64,000 nt of DNA. Source: Aquificaceae bacterium (GTDB lineage: Bacteria > Aquificota > Aquificia > Aquificales > Aquificaceae). The stretch is taken from assembly GCA_037925075.1 (NCBI GenBank), contig JAXSNR010000001.1, positions 1 to 64,000 of the forward strand. Direction: 5' to 3'. The position numbers were made by a program, and so were the translations under genes. Every line of letters starts with the position of its first letter. Position 1 is the first letter of the stretch. This document shows positions 38,922 through 48,542 of this stretch, in pieces. The notes under the pieces were generated by a model. It was not told where the DNA came from, did no database searches, and saw only the letters and a list, made by a program, of their open reading frames with translations.

Positions 38922-39851
38922 ATGGGAAAGTTAGCCTACGTTTTCCCTGGACAGGGTTCCCAGTATGTGGGTATGGGGTATGACTTTTACAGGGAGTTTT
39001 CAGAATCCGCGGATGTTTTCCACGGTGCGGAGACAGCCCTTAGGTACAACCTCACCGATATAATCTTCAAGGGTCCGGAAGAAGAGCTAAACAGAACAGT
39101 CCATACACAGCCAGCCATACTGACCACAAGCCTTGCCATATATGCGGTTATGAAGGAAAAGGGCTTTCCTCAGCCAGATTTTGTAGCTGGGCACTCCCTT
39201 GGAGAATACACCGCTCTTGCGGTAGCTGGAGGTGTGGAGCTTTTTGAGGCAGTTAGGCTTGCAAGCCTTAGAGGTAAATACATGCAGGAGACGGTGCCAG
39301 AAGGTGTGGGTGCCATGTCCGCAGTTTTAAAGCTACCACCAGAAAAGGTAGAAGAGGCTTGTAAGCTCGCTCAGGATGAGGGAGTGGTTGAACCAGCCAA
39401 CTATAACTCTCCAGAGCAAACGGTTATATCTGGAGAAAAAAAGGCTGTGGAAAAGGCAAGCGAAATAGCAAAACAGATGGGAGGTAGGGTAATACCTTTA
39501 AAGGTTTCTGTTCCTTCTCACTGTTCCCTTATGAAGCCCGCCGCAGACGCCTTTAGGCTAAAGCTTGCCCAAACTCCTATAAAAAACATAAACATCCCCA
39601 TAGTCCAAAACCACACAGCAAAAGCCCATACTATGGCTCCTGAGATAAGAGAAAACCTATACAAGCAGATATTTTCTCCAGTAAGGTGGTTTCAAAGCGT
39701 GCTTTACATGGTGGAGCAAGGTGTGGATACCTTTGTGGAAATAGGACCTAAAAATGTACTTTCTAAGCTTATCCAGCAAACAGTGCTTCAGGTGAGGGTT
39801 TTTAACGTGGAGAAGTTGGAAGATGTAGAAAAGGTTTTAAGGGCTTTATGA
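38922..39851 (+). CDS. fabD: malonyl-CoA:ACP transacylase
   Basis: FPGQGSQ, TQPA, AGHSLGEY, PSHC..M. Confidence 0.97.
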   Translation: MGKLAYVFPGQGSQYVGMGYDFYREFSESADVFHGAETALRYNLTDIIFKGPEEELNRTVHTQPAILTTSLAIYAVMKEKGFPQPDFVAGHSLGEYTALAVAGGVELFEAVRLASLRGKYMQETVPEGVGAMSAVLKLPPEKVEEACKLAQDEGVVEPANYNSPEQTVISGEKKAVEKASEIAKQMGGRVIPLKVSVPSHCSLMKPAADAFRLKLAQTPIKNINIPIVQNHTAKAHTMAPEIRENLYKQIFSPVRWFQSVLYMVEQGVDTFVEIGPKNVLSKLIQQTVLQVRVFNVEKLEDVEKVLRAL

Positions 39852-40747
39852 GTATGGAGAAGTACATAGAAAAGGCTAAAACTCTTCAGTCCGCATTGCC
39901 TTATATAAGGGAGTTTTACGGCAAAACCTTTGTGATAAAGTACGGTGGCTCCGCCATGGTGGAGGAAAGTCTTAGAGAAAGCTTTGCGAGGGATGTGGTG
40001 CTTTTGAGGTACGTGGGCATAAGGGTTGTGGTGGTTCATGGAGGGGGTCCCCAGATAAGCCAAGCCCTTGAAAGGTTTGGTATAAAGCCCCATTTTGTGG
40101 GGGGCATGAGAAAGACAGATGAAGAGACCATGCATGTGGTGGAGATGGTCCTTTCAGGAGACATAAACAAGGACATAGTCGCCCTTATAAACACGCATAG
40201 CGGTCAGAACATATACGCGGTGGGTCTTTCTGGAAGAGATGGACAGCTCATCAGGGCAAAAAAGCTTGACAAGGAAAGATACTTTAAGGAGTTGGGAATT
40301 GAAGCACCAGAAGAAGATATAGGCTACGTGGGTGAGGTAGAAGGTGTAAATACGGAGCTTCTTAATGTGCTTATGGAAAAGGGGTACATACCTGTTATAG
40401 CACCTGTGGGTGTGGGCAAAAGGGGAGAGGCGTACAACATAAACGCGGATGTGGTTGCGTCAGAGGTTGCAGGAGCTCTCAAATCTGAAAAGCTTATATT
40501 CCTGACAGATACAGAAGGCGTAAAGGATGCCCAAAACAGGCTCATACCAACCCTTAACAAGGAGACGGTTTATGAACTTATAAAGCAAGGTGTTATAAAA
40601 GGAGGCATGCTTCCAAAGGTAAGAAGTGCTATTAAGGCATTGGAGTATGGAGTTAAAAAGGTTCATATAATAGACGGAAGGATCCCCCACTCCATACTTT
40701 TAGAGGTTTTTACAGAAGAAGGCATAGGCACAGAGATGGTGGAATAA
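39848..40747 (+). CDS. argB: acetylglutamate kinase
   Basis: VIKYGG.AM, VHGGGP, YNINAD, GGMLPK, EGIGT. Confidence 0.97.
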   Translation: MSMEKYIEKAKTLQSALPYIREFYGKTFVIKYGGSAMVEESLRESFARDVVLLRYVGIRVVVVHGGGPQISQALERFGIKPHFVGGMRKTDEETMHVVEMVLSGDINKDIVALINTHSGQNIYAVGLSGRDGQLIRAKKLDKERYFKELGIEAPEEDIGYVGEVEGVNTELLNVLMEKGYIPVIAPVGVGKRGEAYNINADVVASEVAGALKSEKLIFLTDTEGVKDAQNRLIPTLNKETVYELIKQGVIKGGMLPKVRSAIKALEYGVKKVHIIDGRIPHSILLEVFTEEGIGTEMVE

Positions 40748-40855
40748 GCATATAAAAACATTCATATGTCTTATTGAAAGATAAAAAATTTTAATGGAAA
40801 AAGGGCAAAAACTTTTGGTATGCTTTAAGCAATAACCTACTTGGGAGGTGATGAA

Positions 40856-41341
40856 ATGAAAAGGCTTTGTCTTCTTGTACTTGGATTAAGTGGATTTGCT
40901 CTGTCCGCACCAGTTTTTATGGATGGTGAGTATGCAAAAGCCCTCTGTGAAGCATGGAATAAGACACCTCAGCTTTCTGAACAGCTTGGCAAGAGCGAAA
41001 GCTGGGTTGCAGTTCCAGAGAGGAAGATTTTTATATACAGGGAAGACTGCGGAGATGGAAAACAGATACAGCTAACTATAAAGAATGAGGGTGGTAAAGC
41101 TATTTGCGTCTATGGAGGTCCTGCAAAGGACAAGAGGGGCAAAGATGACTTCCTTATGTATGCGGAGACCAAAAGGTGGATAGAGATGGGAAAGAAGGAG
41201 TACGGACCTATGAAGGCTATGATGTTGGGTAGGCTAAAGTTTGAAGGACCCAAGGTCGTTGCCATGAAGAACATGGGTCCCTTTGAGGCTTTTCTTGATA
41301 TGGTAGATAACCCACCACATGACGCCAGCAAATGCCCTTAA
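40856..41341 (+). CDS. secreted SCP2 (sterol-carrier-fold) domain protein
   Basis: Signal peptide; PMKAMMLGRLKFEGP SCP2-like motif; GGAGGT RBS. Confidence 0.7.
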   Translation: MKRLCLLVLGLSGFALSAPVFMDGEYAKALCEAWNKTPQLSEQLGKSESWVAVPERKIFIYREDCGDGKQIQLTIKNEGGKAICVYGGPAKDKRGKDDFLMYAETKRWIEMGKKEYGPMKAMMLGRLKFEGPKVVAMKNMGPFEAFLDMVDNPPHDASKCP

Positions 41342-42063
41342 AGTATGACCCTTTCAAGGGTAAGTCCCTTAGCCTTTGCGGTGTAAGGGCACTTGCCCTC
41401 TCCTCTAAGGTAGCTTTTTATATCTTCTTGTGATAGCTTTCCAAGTCCCACGTATATAAGACTCCCTACAATCCTTCTAACCATGTATCTCAGAAAGCTC
41501 CTTGCCCTTATCCTAAACTCTATCAGATCTTCCACCTTTTGCAAGCTCACCTCCTCCACATCAATAAGAGTGTTTTTGTCCTCTTCCTCTAACTTTGAAA
41601 AACCAGAAAAATCATGAAGACCAACAAAAAGTTCAGAAGCCAAGAGCATCTTTTCATAATCCAGCTTGTAGGGAATCCTCCAACAGAAGGGCTCCATAAA
41701 GGGGTCTCTGGCATGCGTGTTTAGAATCCTATAAAGGTACACCTTACCCTTTACACTGTATCTTGCATTAAAACCTTCCTGTATCCATACCCTCTTTATG
41801 CCCACATCCTCAGGTAGTAGGGAGTTGAGAGCTTTAAGCAATATCTCTGGTTCCATAGGGCGTTCCCCATGAAAGTTTGCCACATACTCAAAAGCATGCA
41901 CGCCCGCATCGGTCCTACAGCAACCTGTAAGCTTTACCGGATGTTGAAAAAGTCTTTCTATAGCCTCCTTTAGAACTCCTTGGACTGTTCTAAGTCCCGG
42001 TTGAACCTGCCAGCCATGGAAATGGGTACCCACAAAGGAAAGAAAAAGCACATAGTTAGGCAT
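41338..42063 (-). CDS. truA: tRNA pseudouridine(38-40) synthase
   Basis: G..FHGWQ.QP, RTDAGVHA, FNARY, FLRYMVRRIVG. Confidence 0.96.
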   Translation of the reverse strand: MPNYVLFLSFVGTHFHGWQVQPGLRTVQGVLKEAIERLFQHPVKLTGCCRTDAGVHAFEYVANFHGERPMEPEILLKALNSLLPEDVGIKRVWIQEGFNARYSVKGKVYLYRILNTHARDPFMEPFCWRIPYKLDYEKMLLASELFVGLHDFSGFSKLEEEDKNTLIDVEEVSLQKVEDLIEFRIRARSFLRYMVRRIVGSLIYVGLGKLSQEDIKSYLRGEGKCPYTAKAKGLTLERVIL

Positions 42064-42072
42064 CCAATAGAA

Positions 42073-42525
42073 TTATAAGTCTCTGACAGATGCCATAAGA
42101 ACTTCTTCTACTTCAAGAAATTTCCTTTCCTCCTCCCCTCCAAGCTCGTGGTCGTAGCCAAGAAGATGCACAAAACCATGAACCAAAAGTCTCCTTATCT
42201 CCTCCTCAAGGCTATGCCCTAACTCTCTTGCCTGCCTGCTTGCGGTATCCACAGATATAACAATCTCACCTAAAAGCCTGTACCTTCCCACAGGCTCATC
42301 GTAAATAAAGGAAAGCACATCTGTAGGCTTGTCCTTTCCTCTGAAGTCTCTGTTAAGAGCCCTTATGTCCTCATCATCCGTCAGGTATACGCTTATTTCA
42401 GTTCCTTCAAAACCAACCGCTTCCAAAAGCTTAATGACCGTACTCTTCACCCACGTGAGCTTGACCTTTCCTTTCTTCTTTCTCACCAGAACCCTGTTCT
42501 TCCTTCGCCCTTTCAAATTCTTCAT
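42073..42525 (-). CDS. ybeY: rRNA maturation endoribonuclease YbeY
   Basis: [35 protein letters not shown]. Confidence 0.95.
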   Translation of the reverse strand: MKNLKGRRKNRVLVRKKKGKVKLTWVKSTVIKLLEAVGFEGTEISVYLTDDEDIRALNRDFRGKDKPTDVLSFIYDEPVGRYRLLGEIVISVDTASRQARELGHSLEEEIRRLLVHGFVHLLGYDHELGGEEERKFLEVEEVLMASVRDL

Positions 42526-43465
42526 AGGCTTTTATTATCCTTGCCACTATAGGATGTCTGACCACATCCTCCTCTTTAAACCACACAAAACCGATCCCTT
42601 CTATACCTTGCAAAACTTTTATAGCCTCCACAAGGCCAGACTGCTCTCTCCTCGGTAAGTCTATCTGCGTTATATCGCCTGTTATCACAACCTTTGAACC
42701 AAAACCTATCCTTGTGAGGAACATCTTCATCTGTTCCTTTGTAGAGTTTTGAGCCTCATCAAGGATTATAAAGGCATCGTTAAGGGTCCTCCCCCTCATG
42801 AAGGCAAGGGGTGCTATCTCTATTATGTTCCTTTCAAGCATATAACTTGCCTTGTCGTAGTCCACCATGTCATAAAGGGCGTCGTAAAGGGGTCTAAGGT
42901 ATGGGTCTACCTTTTCCGCTATACCGCCGGGAAGAAAGCCAAGCTTTTCACCAGCCTCCACCGCAGGCCTCGTGAGTATTATTTTGTTTACTTTGTTAGC
43001 CTTCAGATGTGCCAATGCCATAGCCATGGCAAGATAGGTTTTTCCTGTCCCAGCGGGACCTATTCCAAAAACTATATCGTTGTTCCTTATAGCATCTACG
43101 TATATTCTCTGAGTGTGTGTTTTCGGCACTATGGCCTTTTTTCTATGGGTTATCAGTATTACTTCCTCTTTTAGCTCCTCTGGTCTTTCAGACTTTAACT
43201 GGATGTAGTTTTTAGCCCTCTCTCTAACTTCCTGAGAGGTCAGCGTGGACGTTCTTAGCTCCCTTATTATTTCTCTCAAAAATTCATAAAGAGCTTTTAC
43301 TTTGTCTTCTTCACCCCTTATAAGTATCTCCGTCCCTCTTGCGGATATTTTTACATCAAAGAGTTGTGAAAAGTACTTTAGGTTTTCATCCCCCCTGCCC
43401 ACTATGGCATAGAACTTCTCATCAAAGCTACCTAAATCTAACCTTTCTTCTACCTTTTCTGTCAT
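42431..43465 (-). CDS. phoH: PhoH family ATPase
   Basis: [43 protein letters not shown]. Confidence 0.94.
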   Translation of the reverse strand: MTEKVEERLDLGSFDEKFYAIVGRGDENLKYFSQLFDVKISARGTEILIRGEEDKVKALYEFLREIIRELRTSTLTSQEVRERAKNYIQLKSERPEELKEEVILITHRKKAIVPKTHTQRIYVDAIRNNDIVFGIGPAGTGKTYLAMAMALAHLKANKVNKIILTRPAVEAGEKLGFLPGGIAEKVDPYLRPLYDALYDMVDYDKASYMLERNIIEIAPLAFMRGRTLNDAFIILDEAQNSTKEQMKMFLTRIGFGSKVVITGDITQIDLPRREQSGLVEAIKVLQGIEGIGFVWFKEEDVVRHPIVARIIKAYEEFERAKEEQGSGEKEERKGQAHVGEEYGH

Positions 43466-43528
43466 CGTACCTGTACTTCATACTAAATATAAACCTTCTA
43501 CCTTTAAAATCAACTACATTATTTAAAG

Positions 43529-43556
43529 TTGACAAGCCATCACGTCTTCCTATTAT
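43529..43556 (+). promoter_or_regulatory. sigma70 promoter upstream of the htpX leader
   Basis: TTGACA (43529-34), 16 bp, TATTAT (43551-56). Confidence 0.7.
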
Positions 43557-43562
43557 ATTTAT

Positions 43563-43656
43563 GAACCGTGGGCCAAAGCCGCCTGCTGGGGATGGCCCAC
43601 GCAAAAAGGCGGGATACAAATACCCCAGCCCAGGCCGACCGTAAAAGGTGGTCTGG
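43563..43656 (+). ncRNA. candidate structured RNA (5' leader of htpX), family unassigned
   Basis: 59/94 nt G+C in an AT-rich intergenic region; 9-, 6- and 7-bp crossing complementarities plus a 3' hairpin. Confidence 0.55.
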
Positions 43657-43671
43657 AAAAGGAAAAAGGAA

Positions 43672-44541
43672 ATGGGCTACGCAATAAGGAGCGTTATACT
43701 TCTTGGACTTCTGACAGGTATTTTTCTGTTTGTGGGCAATCTTATAGCCGGCAAGGCGGGTATGACCATAGCCCTCTTGTTGGCGGGAATAATGAACTTT
43801 CTCGCCTACTGGTTTTCTGACAAGATAGTGCTTGCCATGTACGGAGCAAGGGAAATACCCTACGAGGAGGCTCCATGGCTTCATAGGATGGTGGAAGAGC
43901 TTGCCCAAAGGGCAAACATACCCAAGCCCAAAATCTACCTTGTTCCCATGGAACAGCCCAACGCCTTTGCTACCGGTAGGGGTCCATCTAACGGTGCGGT
44001 TGCGGTGACCTCTGGAATCCTTCACCTTCTAAATGAGAGAGAGCTAAGAGGAGTGCTTGCCCACGAGATGGGGCATATTAAAAACAGGGATGTGCTCGTT
44101 GCCACAATGGCGGCAACCATTGCAGGTGCCATATCCTACCTTGTTAATATGCTTCAGTGGTCTCTCTTGCTTGGACACTCAAGAGATAATGAAAATAACA
44201 ACCCACTTTCCCTTATAGCCAGCATAGCCACGATAATCATCACACCCATAATAGCCACCATAATACAGATGGCTATTTCTCGTTCAAGGGAGTACATGGC
44301 GGACGAGACGGGTGCAAGGATATCGGGAGACCCTCTGGCTCTTGCCAGTGCCCTTGAAAAGATACACAACTATGTGCATCAAATACCCGCAGAGGTCAAC
44401 CAAGGCACCGCACACCTGTTTATAGAAAACCCCCTTTCAGGTCAAGGCATATGGGAGCTTTTCTCTACACACCCCTCCACAGAAAAGAGAATAGCCAGAC
44501 TTAAGGAGCTTGCCAGAGAAATGGGCGTTTTTGCCTACTGA
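43672..44541 (+). CDS. htpX: zinc metalloprotease HtpX
   Basis: PNAFATGR, ELRGVLAHEMGHI, ISRSREY.AD, FSTHP...RI. Confidence 0.95.
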   Translation: MGYAIRSVILLGLLTGIFLFVGNLIAGKAGMTIALLLAGIMNFLAYWFSDKIVLAMYGAREIPYEEAPWLHRMVEELAQRANIPKPKIYLVPMEQPNAFATGRGPSNGAVAVTSGILHLLNERELRGVLAHEMGHIKNRDVLVATMAATIAGAISYLVNMLQWSLLLGHSRDNENNNPLSLIASIATIIITPIIATIIQMAISRSREYMADETGARISGDPLALASALEKIHNYVHQIPAEVNQGTAHLFIENPLSGQGIWELFSTHPSTEKRIARLKELAREMGVFAY

Positions 44542-44921
44542 GATAGCACGTGCTTTTCTGGAACAAAGCAGAGGAATTCCCCCTCTGCTACCTTCTCCTC
44601 TTTCCTTTTAACTTCTACAGAAACCCATCTTTTTTTACCTTCTGACCTTGTAAGCCTGCCTTCCGCGATAAGCTCATCACCAACCACCACCGGCTTTAAA
44701 AACTTAATGCTCGCCTGACCAAGGACTACCGTAGGCTCATTTACCGTCGCCATAGCACAAAAGTCCGCAAGGGAGAAGATAAAGCCTCCATGCACAAGCC
44801 CCGTACTGTCCGCTATCATCCTATGGTCTGTTTTTAGTCTCAAGACCGCACGACCCTCCGAAAGCTCCAAAACTTCACCGCTGAGGCTTTTGTCAATCTC
44901 CAAGTGCGTCCTTAACTGCAT
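44535..44921 (-). CDS. hotdog-fold thioesterase (PaaI family)
   Basis: GLVHGGFIFSLAD, FLKPV.VGD. Confidence 0.85.
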   Translation of the reverse strand: MQLRTHLEIDKSLSGEVLELSEGRAVLRLKTDHRMIADSTGLVHGGFIFSLADFCAMATVNEPTVVLGQASIKFLKPVVVGDELIAEGRLTRSEGKKRWVSVEVKRKEEKVAEGEFLCFVPEKHVLSQ

Positions 44922-45504
44922 GAACAAACTCCTCCATCTTTTTATGGTCCTTTACGCCCGGGCTTGTTTCCACACCAGAAGAGACATCCACTCCGTAAGG
45001 CTTTACAAACCTTATGGCTTCCCTTACGTTTTCAGGATTTAGCCCGCCTGCAAGTATAACTCTAAAGCCCCTTTCAACAAGCTCTCTTGCCAAGTTCCAA
45101 TCGGACCTTTTCCCGCTTCCACCGTATGCCTCCGAGCATGCATCCAACAAAACCGCATGAGCCTTTTTCCAATCTTTATGGACCTCAAGCCCCGGACAGC
45201 TTCTAAAGGCTTTTATAACCCTCTCTATACCAAGCTTTGTAGCAAAGTCTAAATCCTCCTCCCCATGAAGCTGTATAAGGTCAAAGACCTCCAAAGCCCT
45301 TTTAACCTCCTCCAAAGTTGGATTTACCATGACCGCCACCCTCTTTGCACCTACTCCCGCCTTCAAAAGCTTCTCAGCCCTCTCTGGGTCCACATACCTT
45401 GGGCTTTTGGGATAGAGTATTATACCCACATATTCCACGCCTAAGCCAACCGCCTTTTTTATGTCTTCTTCTTTTGTAAAACCACAGAGCTTGATTTTGA
45501 CCAT
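44893..45504 (-). CDS. trpF: phosphoribosylanthranilate isomerase
   Basis: KIKLCG, SPRYV, QLHG.E, GGSG...DW, LAGGL..ENV, GVDVSSGVE. Confidence 0.96.
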   Translation of the reverse strand: MVKIKLCGFTKEEDIKKAVGLGVEYVGIILYPKSPRYVDPERAEKLLKAGVGAKRVAVMVNPTLEEVKRALEVFDLIQLHGEEDLDFATKLGIERVIKAFRSCPGLEVHKDWKKAHAVLLDACSEAYGGSGKRSDWNLARELVERGFRVILAGGLNPENVREAIRFVKPYGVDVSSGVETSPGVKDHKKMEEFVHAVKDALGD

Positions 45505-45539
45505 TTAGAGAAGAATATTATAGGTGAGGAGGTAAAAAA

Positions 45540-46028
45540 ATGAAGCTGATATTTGGATTATTAATAATTTTCTGTCTTGCCCTTGCCCAACCTCATGGCA
45601 AGGTGGTACAAACCCCTTACACAAAGCCCTTTAAGGTGGTTTATGAACTCTTTTTGGACCGTCCAGAAAAGATAAGACCAGCTCTTGGATGGATATCCAA
45701 TGTTATATTTGTGCTCACCAATCCACCTTACAACTACAGTCCTGAGGATATACACATAGTGGTGGTCTCTCATGGGAGAGAGCTTCCCGTGTTTGCCACA
45801 AAAAACAAGGAACAGTATGCGGACATAGTGGAAAGGCTTGAAAGCCTAAGCTTATACGGAGTTAAGTTTAAGGTGTGTAAGATGGCTTCAGAACAGTTAT
45901 ACGGGCTTTCGGAAAAAGACTTTTATCCCTTCGTGGAGCTTGTACCCTCCGCCATAACTGAAATCATCCATTGGCAACTACAAGGCCATGCCCTAATGAT
46001 CCCTCAGGTCTTTGAAATAAGAAGATAA
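45540..46028 (+). CDS. DsrE-family protein with signal peptide
   Basis: KVVY, IVVVSHG.E, GVKFKVC, VPSAI.EI..WQ..G. Confidence 0.75.
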   Translation: MKLIFGLLIIFCLALAQPHGKVVQTPYTKPFKVVYELFLDRPEKIRPALGWISNVIFVLTNPPYNYSPEDIHIVVVSHGRELPVFATKNKEQYADIVERLESLSLYGVKFKVCKMASEQLYGLSEKDFYPFVELVPSAITEIIHWQLQGHALMIPQVFEIRR

Positions 46029-46360
46029 GATCCAAGCTTTTTTAGAAGCTCCCCTTTTCTACTTTTCTCCACCACTATCAGGTCAAAGTCTAAAGGAAGC
46101 CTGTCCGCAATAAAGTTAAATATCTCCCTGTAAATACTCCAGAAGTTTGACCTGTTTATCTCCCCCTTTATCACCACCAGCAGGTCCACATCGCTAAGCC
46201 CCCTTTCTTCACCCCTTGCCAGAGAACCAAAAAGGTAAATCTCTTCTATGTCCCCCAGCTTGCCCTTCATCTCTTCAGCCAAGGTACTAAGGAAATCCAA
46301 CACCTCAGACCTTTTTATGTATATAAGCTTTGCACCATTGGAGGATACTATGGCACGCAT
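46004..46360 (-). CDS. minimal nucleotidyltransferase (MNT antitoxin-type)
   Basis: IYLFGSLARG....SDVDLLVV motif. Confidence 0.88.
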   Translation of the reverse strand: MRAIVSSNGAKLIYIKRSEVLDFLSTLAEEMKGKLGDIEEIYLFGSLARGEERGLSDVDLLVVIKGEINRSNFWSIYREIFNFIADRLPLDFDLIVVEKSRKGELLKKLGSYLLISKT

Positions 46361-46554
46361 TTATTGCCTCCTTTGCTTCCTCTTCTGTGTAATGATTGGA
46401 GGGCTTGCCAGCGGGTAGTAGGTCAAGTTTTTTGGCGGAGTTCTCCACTTCCTGCGGTAAAGCAAGCCCACTCATAATAACCATGCTCTAAATCAAGCTT
46501 AGCCTTCTCTTCATACCTAAGTGCCTGCTCCCACCAGTCCCTCCAACGGTTCAT
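46305..46554 (-). pseudogene. HEPN domain toxin remnant with internal deletions and a frameshift
   Basis: [11 protein letters not shown]...[17 protein letters not shown], then in a shifted frame EVENSAKKLDL/LPAGKPSNHYTEEEAKEAINAC..IL.W; upstream of and overlapping the MNT. Confidence 0.8.
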
Positions 46555-46575
46555 GGATTATACTATAACAAAGAA

Positions 46576-48462
46576 ATGACCATTTCTTATGACTTTTCCC
46601 TCATAACCGACTACGATGTGTACCTTTTTAAGGAAGGCTCTCACTGTAGGATGTACGAAAAGCTTGGTTGTCATCTTTTTGAAGATGGTGCATACTTTGC
46701 GGTTTGGGCTCCTCATGCGGAGCAGGTTTTTGTCTTTGGAGATTTCAACGGATGGGACAAGCATTCTCTACCTTTGAAAAGAAGGGAAGATAATTCTGGT
46801 ATATGGGAGGGCTTTGTAAGGGGTGTAAAGAAAGGTCAAAGATACAAATACCATCTTTACACCCACTGGGGCTATTGGACAGACAGGGCTGACCCCTTTG
46901 GTTTTTTTCACGAAACTCCACCGGGCACTGCCTCTATTGTATGGGACTTAAACTACCAGTGGAAGGATAAAGACTGGCTCAGAAAAAGAAAGGAATTAAA
47001 CCATCACAGGGCTCCCATAAGCATATACGAGGTTCACCTCGGCTCTTGGAGAAGGGTGCCGGAGGAAGGAAACAGATCCCTAAGCTACAGGGAGCTTGCA
47101 CCTTTGCTGGCTGAGTATGTGAAGGAAATGGGCTTTACCCATGTGGAGTTTCTACCTGTTATGGAGCATCCCTTTTATGGCTCATGGGGCTATCAGATAA
47201 CGGGCTACTTTGCTCCCACTTCACGCTACGGCAATCCTCAGGACTTTATGTATCTTGTGGATTATCTACATGAGCAGGGTATTGGTGTAATCCTTGACTG
47301 GGTGCCCTCTCATTTTCCCACCGATGGCCATGGGCTTGCTTACTTTGATGGCACGCATCTTTACGAATACGAAGACTGGAGGAAGAGATGGCATCCCGAT
47401 TGGAAAAGCTATGTTTTTGATTACGGAAAGGGAGAGGTAAGGTCTTTTCTTCTTAGCTCAGCCCACTTTTGGCTTGAGAAGTACCATGCGGATGGGCTAA
47501 GGGTAGATGCGGTCGCAAGCATGCTTTATCTGGACTACTCAAGGCATGAGTGGGTTCCCAACATTTATGGAGGCAAAGAAAACCTTGAAGCCATAGATTT
47601 CCTAAAAAAGCTCAACGTATGTATATACAAAGATTTTGAGGGAGTACAGACCATAGCGGAAGAATCCACCGCCTTTCCCATGGTAAGCAGACCCGTATAT
47701 CTCGGAGGGCTTGGCTTTGGGTTTAAGTGGAACATGGGCTGGATGAACGACACGCTCTTTTACATGTCCAAAGACCCCATATACAGAAAATACCATCACC
47801 ATCAGCTTACCTTTAGCATCTGGTACGCCTTTTCCGAAAACTTTATACTTCCCCTTTCCCATGATGAGGTGGTTCATGGAAAGGGCTCCCTCCTTTCAAA
47901 GATGCCCGGTGACTACTGGCAAAAGTTTGCCAACCTGAGACTTCTCTATGGCTACATGTGGACACATCCCGGAAAAAAGCTTCTCTTTATGGGTGGAGAG
48001 TTTGCCCAGTGGAGGGAGTGGAACCACGAAGAAAGCCTTGATTGGCATCTTCTTGAGTATGAAAGCCATAGAGGCATTCAAAGGCTCATAAAGGACCTAA
48101 ACAGGCTATACAGAGAAGAAAAGGCTTTGCATGAGCTTGACTGCGAGCCAAAGGGCTTTGAGTGGGTGGATTTTTCAGACTGGGAGTGTAGCATAATAAG
48201 CTATCTGAGAAAATCCTCCGAGGGAGAGACTTTACTGGTGGTTTGCAACTTCACACCAGTTCCTAGGTTTAACTACAGAGTTGGCGTGCCAGAGGGTGGT
48301 TTTTGGAAGGAGCTATTAAACACGGACTCTGAAATATATGGTGGGTCAAACCTTGGAAATAAAGGAGGTGTTTGGGCAGAGGCTGTGCCCTTTCACGGAA
48401 GGTCCTACTCTCTTAACTTAACATTGCCACCCCTTGCTGTGGTGGTGTTTAAGAAAACTTAA
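46576..48462 (+). CDS. glgB: 1,4-alpha-glucan branching enzyme
   Basis: [54 protein letters not shown]. Confidence 0.97.
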   Translation: MTISYDFSLITDYDVYLFKEGSHCRMYEKLGCHLFEDGAYFAVWAPHAEQVFVFGDFNGWDKHSLPLKRREDNSGIWEGFVRGVKKGQRYKYHLYTHWGYWTDRADPFGFFHETPPGTASIVWDLNYQWKDKDWLRKRKELNHHRAPISIYEVHLGSWRRVPEEGNRSLSYRELAPLLAEYVKEMGFTHVEFLPVMEHPFYGSWGYQITGYFAPTSRYGNPQDFMYLVDYLHEQGIGVILDWVPSHFPTDGHGLAYFDGTHLYEYEDWRKRWHPDWKSYVFDYGKGEVRSFLLSSAHFWLEKYHADGLRVDAVASMLYLDYSRHEWVPNIYGGKENLEAIDFLKKLNVCIYKDFEGVQTIAEESTAFPMVSRPVYLGGLGFGFKWNMGWMNDTLFYMSKDPIYRKYHHHQLTFSIWYAFSENFILPLSHDEVVHGKGSLLSKMPGDYWQKFANLRLLYGYMWTHPGKKLLFMGGEFAQWREWNHEESLDWHLLEYESHRGIQRLIKDLNRLYREEKALHELDCEPKGFEWVDFSDWECSIISYLRKSSEGETLLVVCNFTPVPRFNYRVGVPEGGFWKELLNTDSEIYGGSNLGNKGGVWAEAVPFHGRSYSLNLTLPPLAVVVFKKT

Positions 48463-48469
48463 CTAAGTA

Positions 48470-48542
48470 TGGGTCGGGCGGGAGTCGAACCCGCGACCCA
48501 CGGATTAAGAGTCCGTTGCTCTGCCTGCTGAGCTACCGACCC
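48470..48542 (-). tRNA. tRNA-Lys(CTT), CCA not encoded
   Basis: GGGTCGG acceptor stem, TAGCTCAG D-arm, ACGGA-CT-CTT-AA-TCCGT anticodon arm, GGTTCGACTCC T-arm. Confidence 0.96.

Noticed and set aside
43563..43656. Assignment of the structured element to SRP RNA, 6S RNA, tRNA-Sec, ZTP riboswitch, pistol or HDV-like ribozyme
   Set aside because: Diagnostic sequence motifs or helix order of these families are not present by eye; left unassigned pending cmscan
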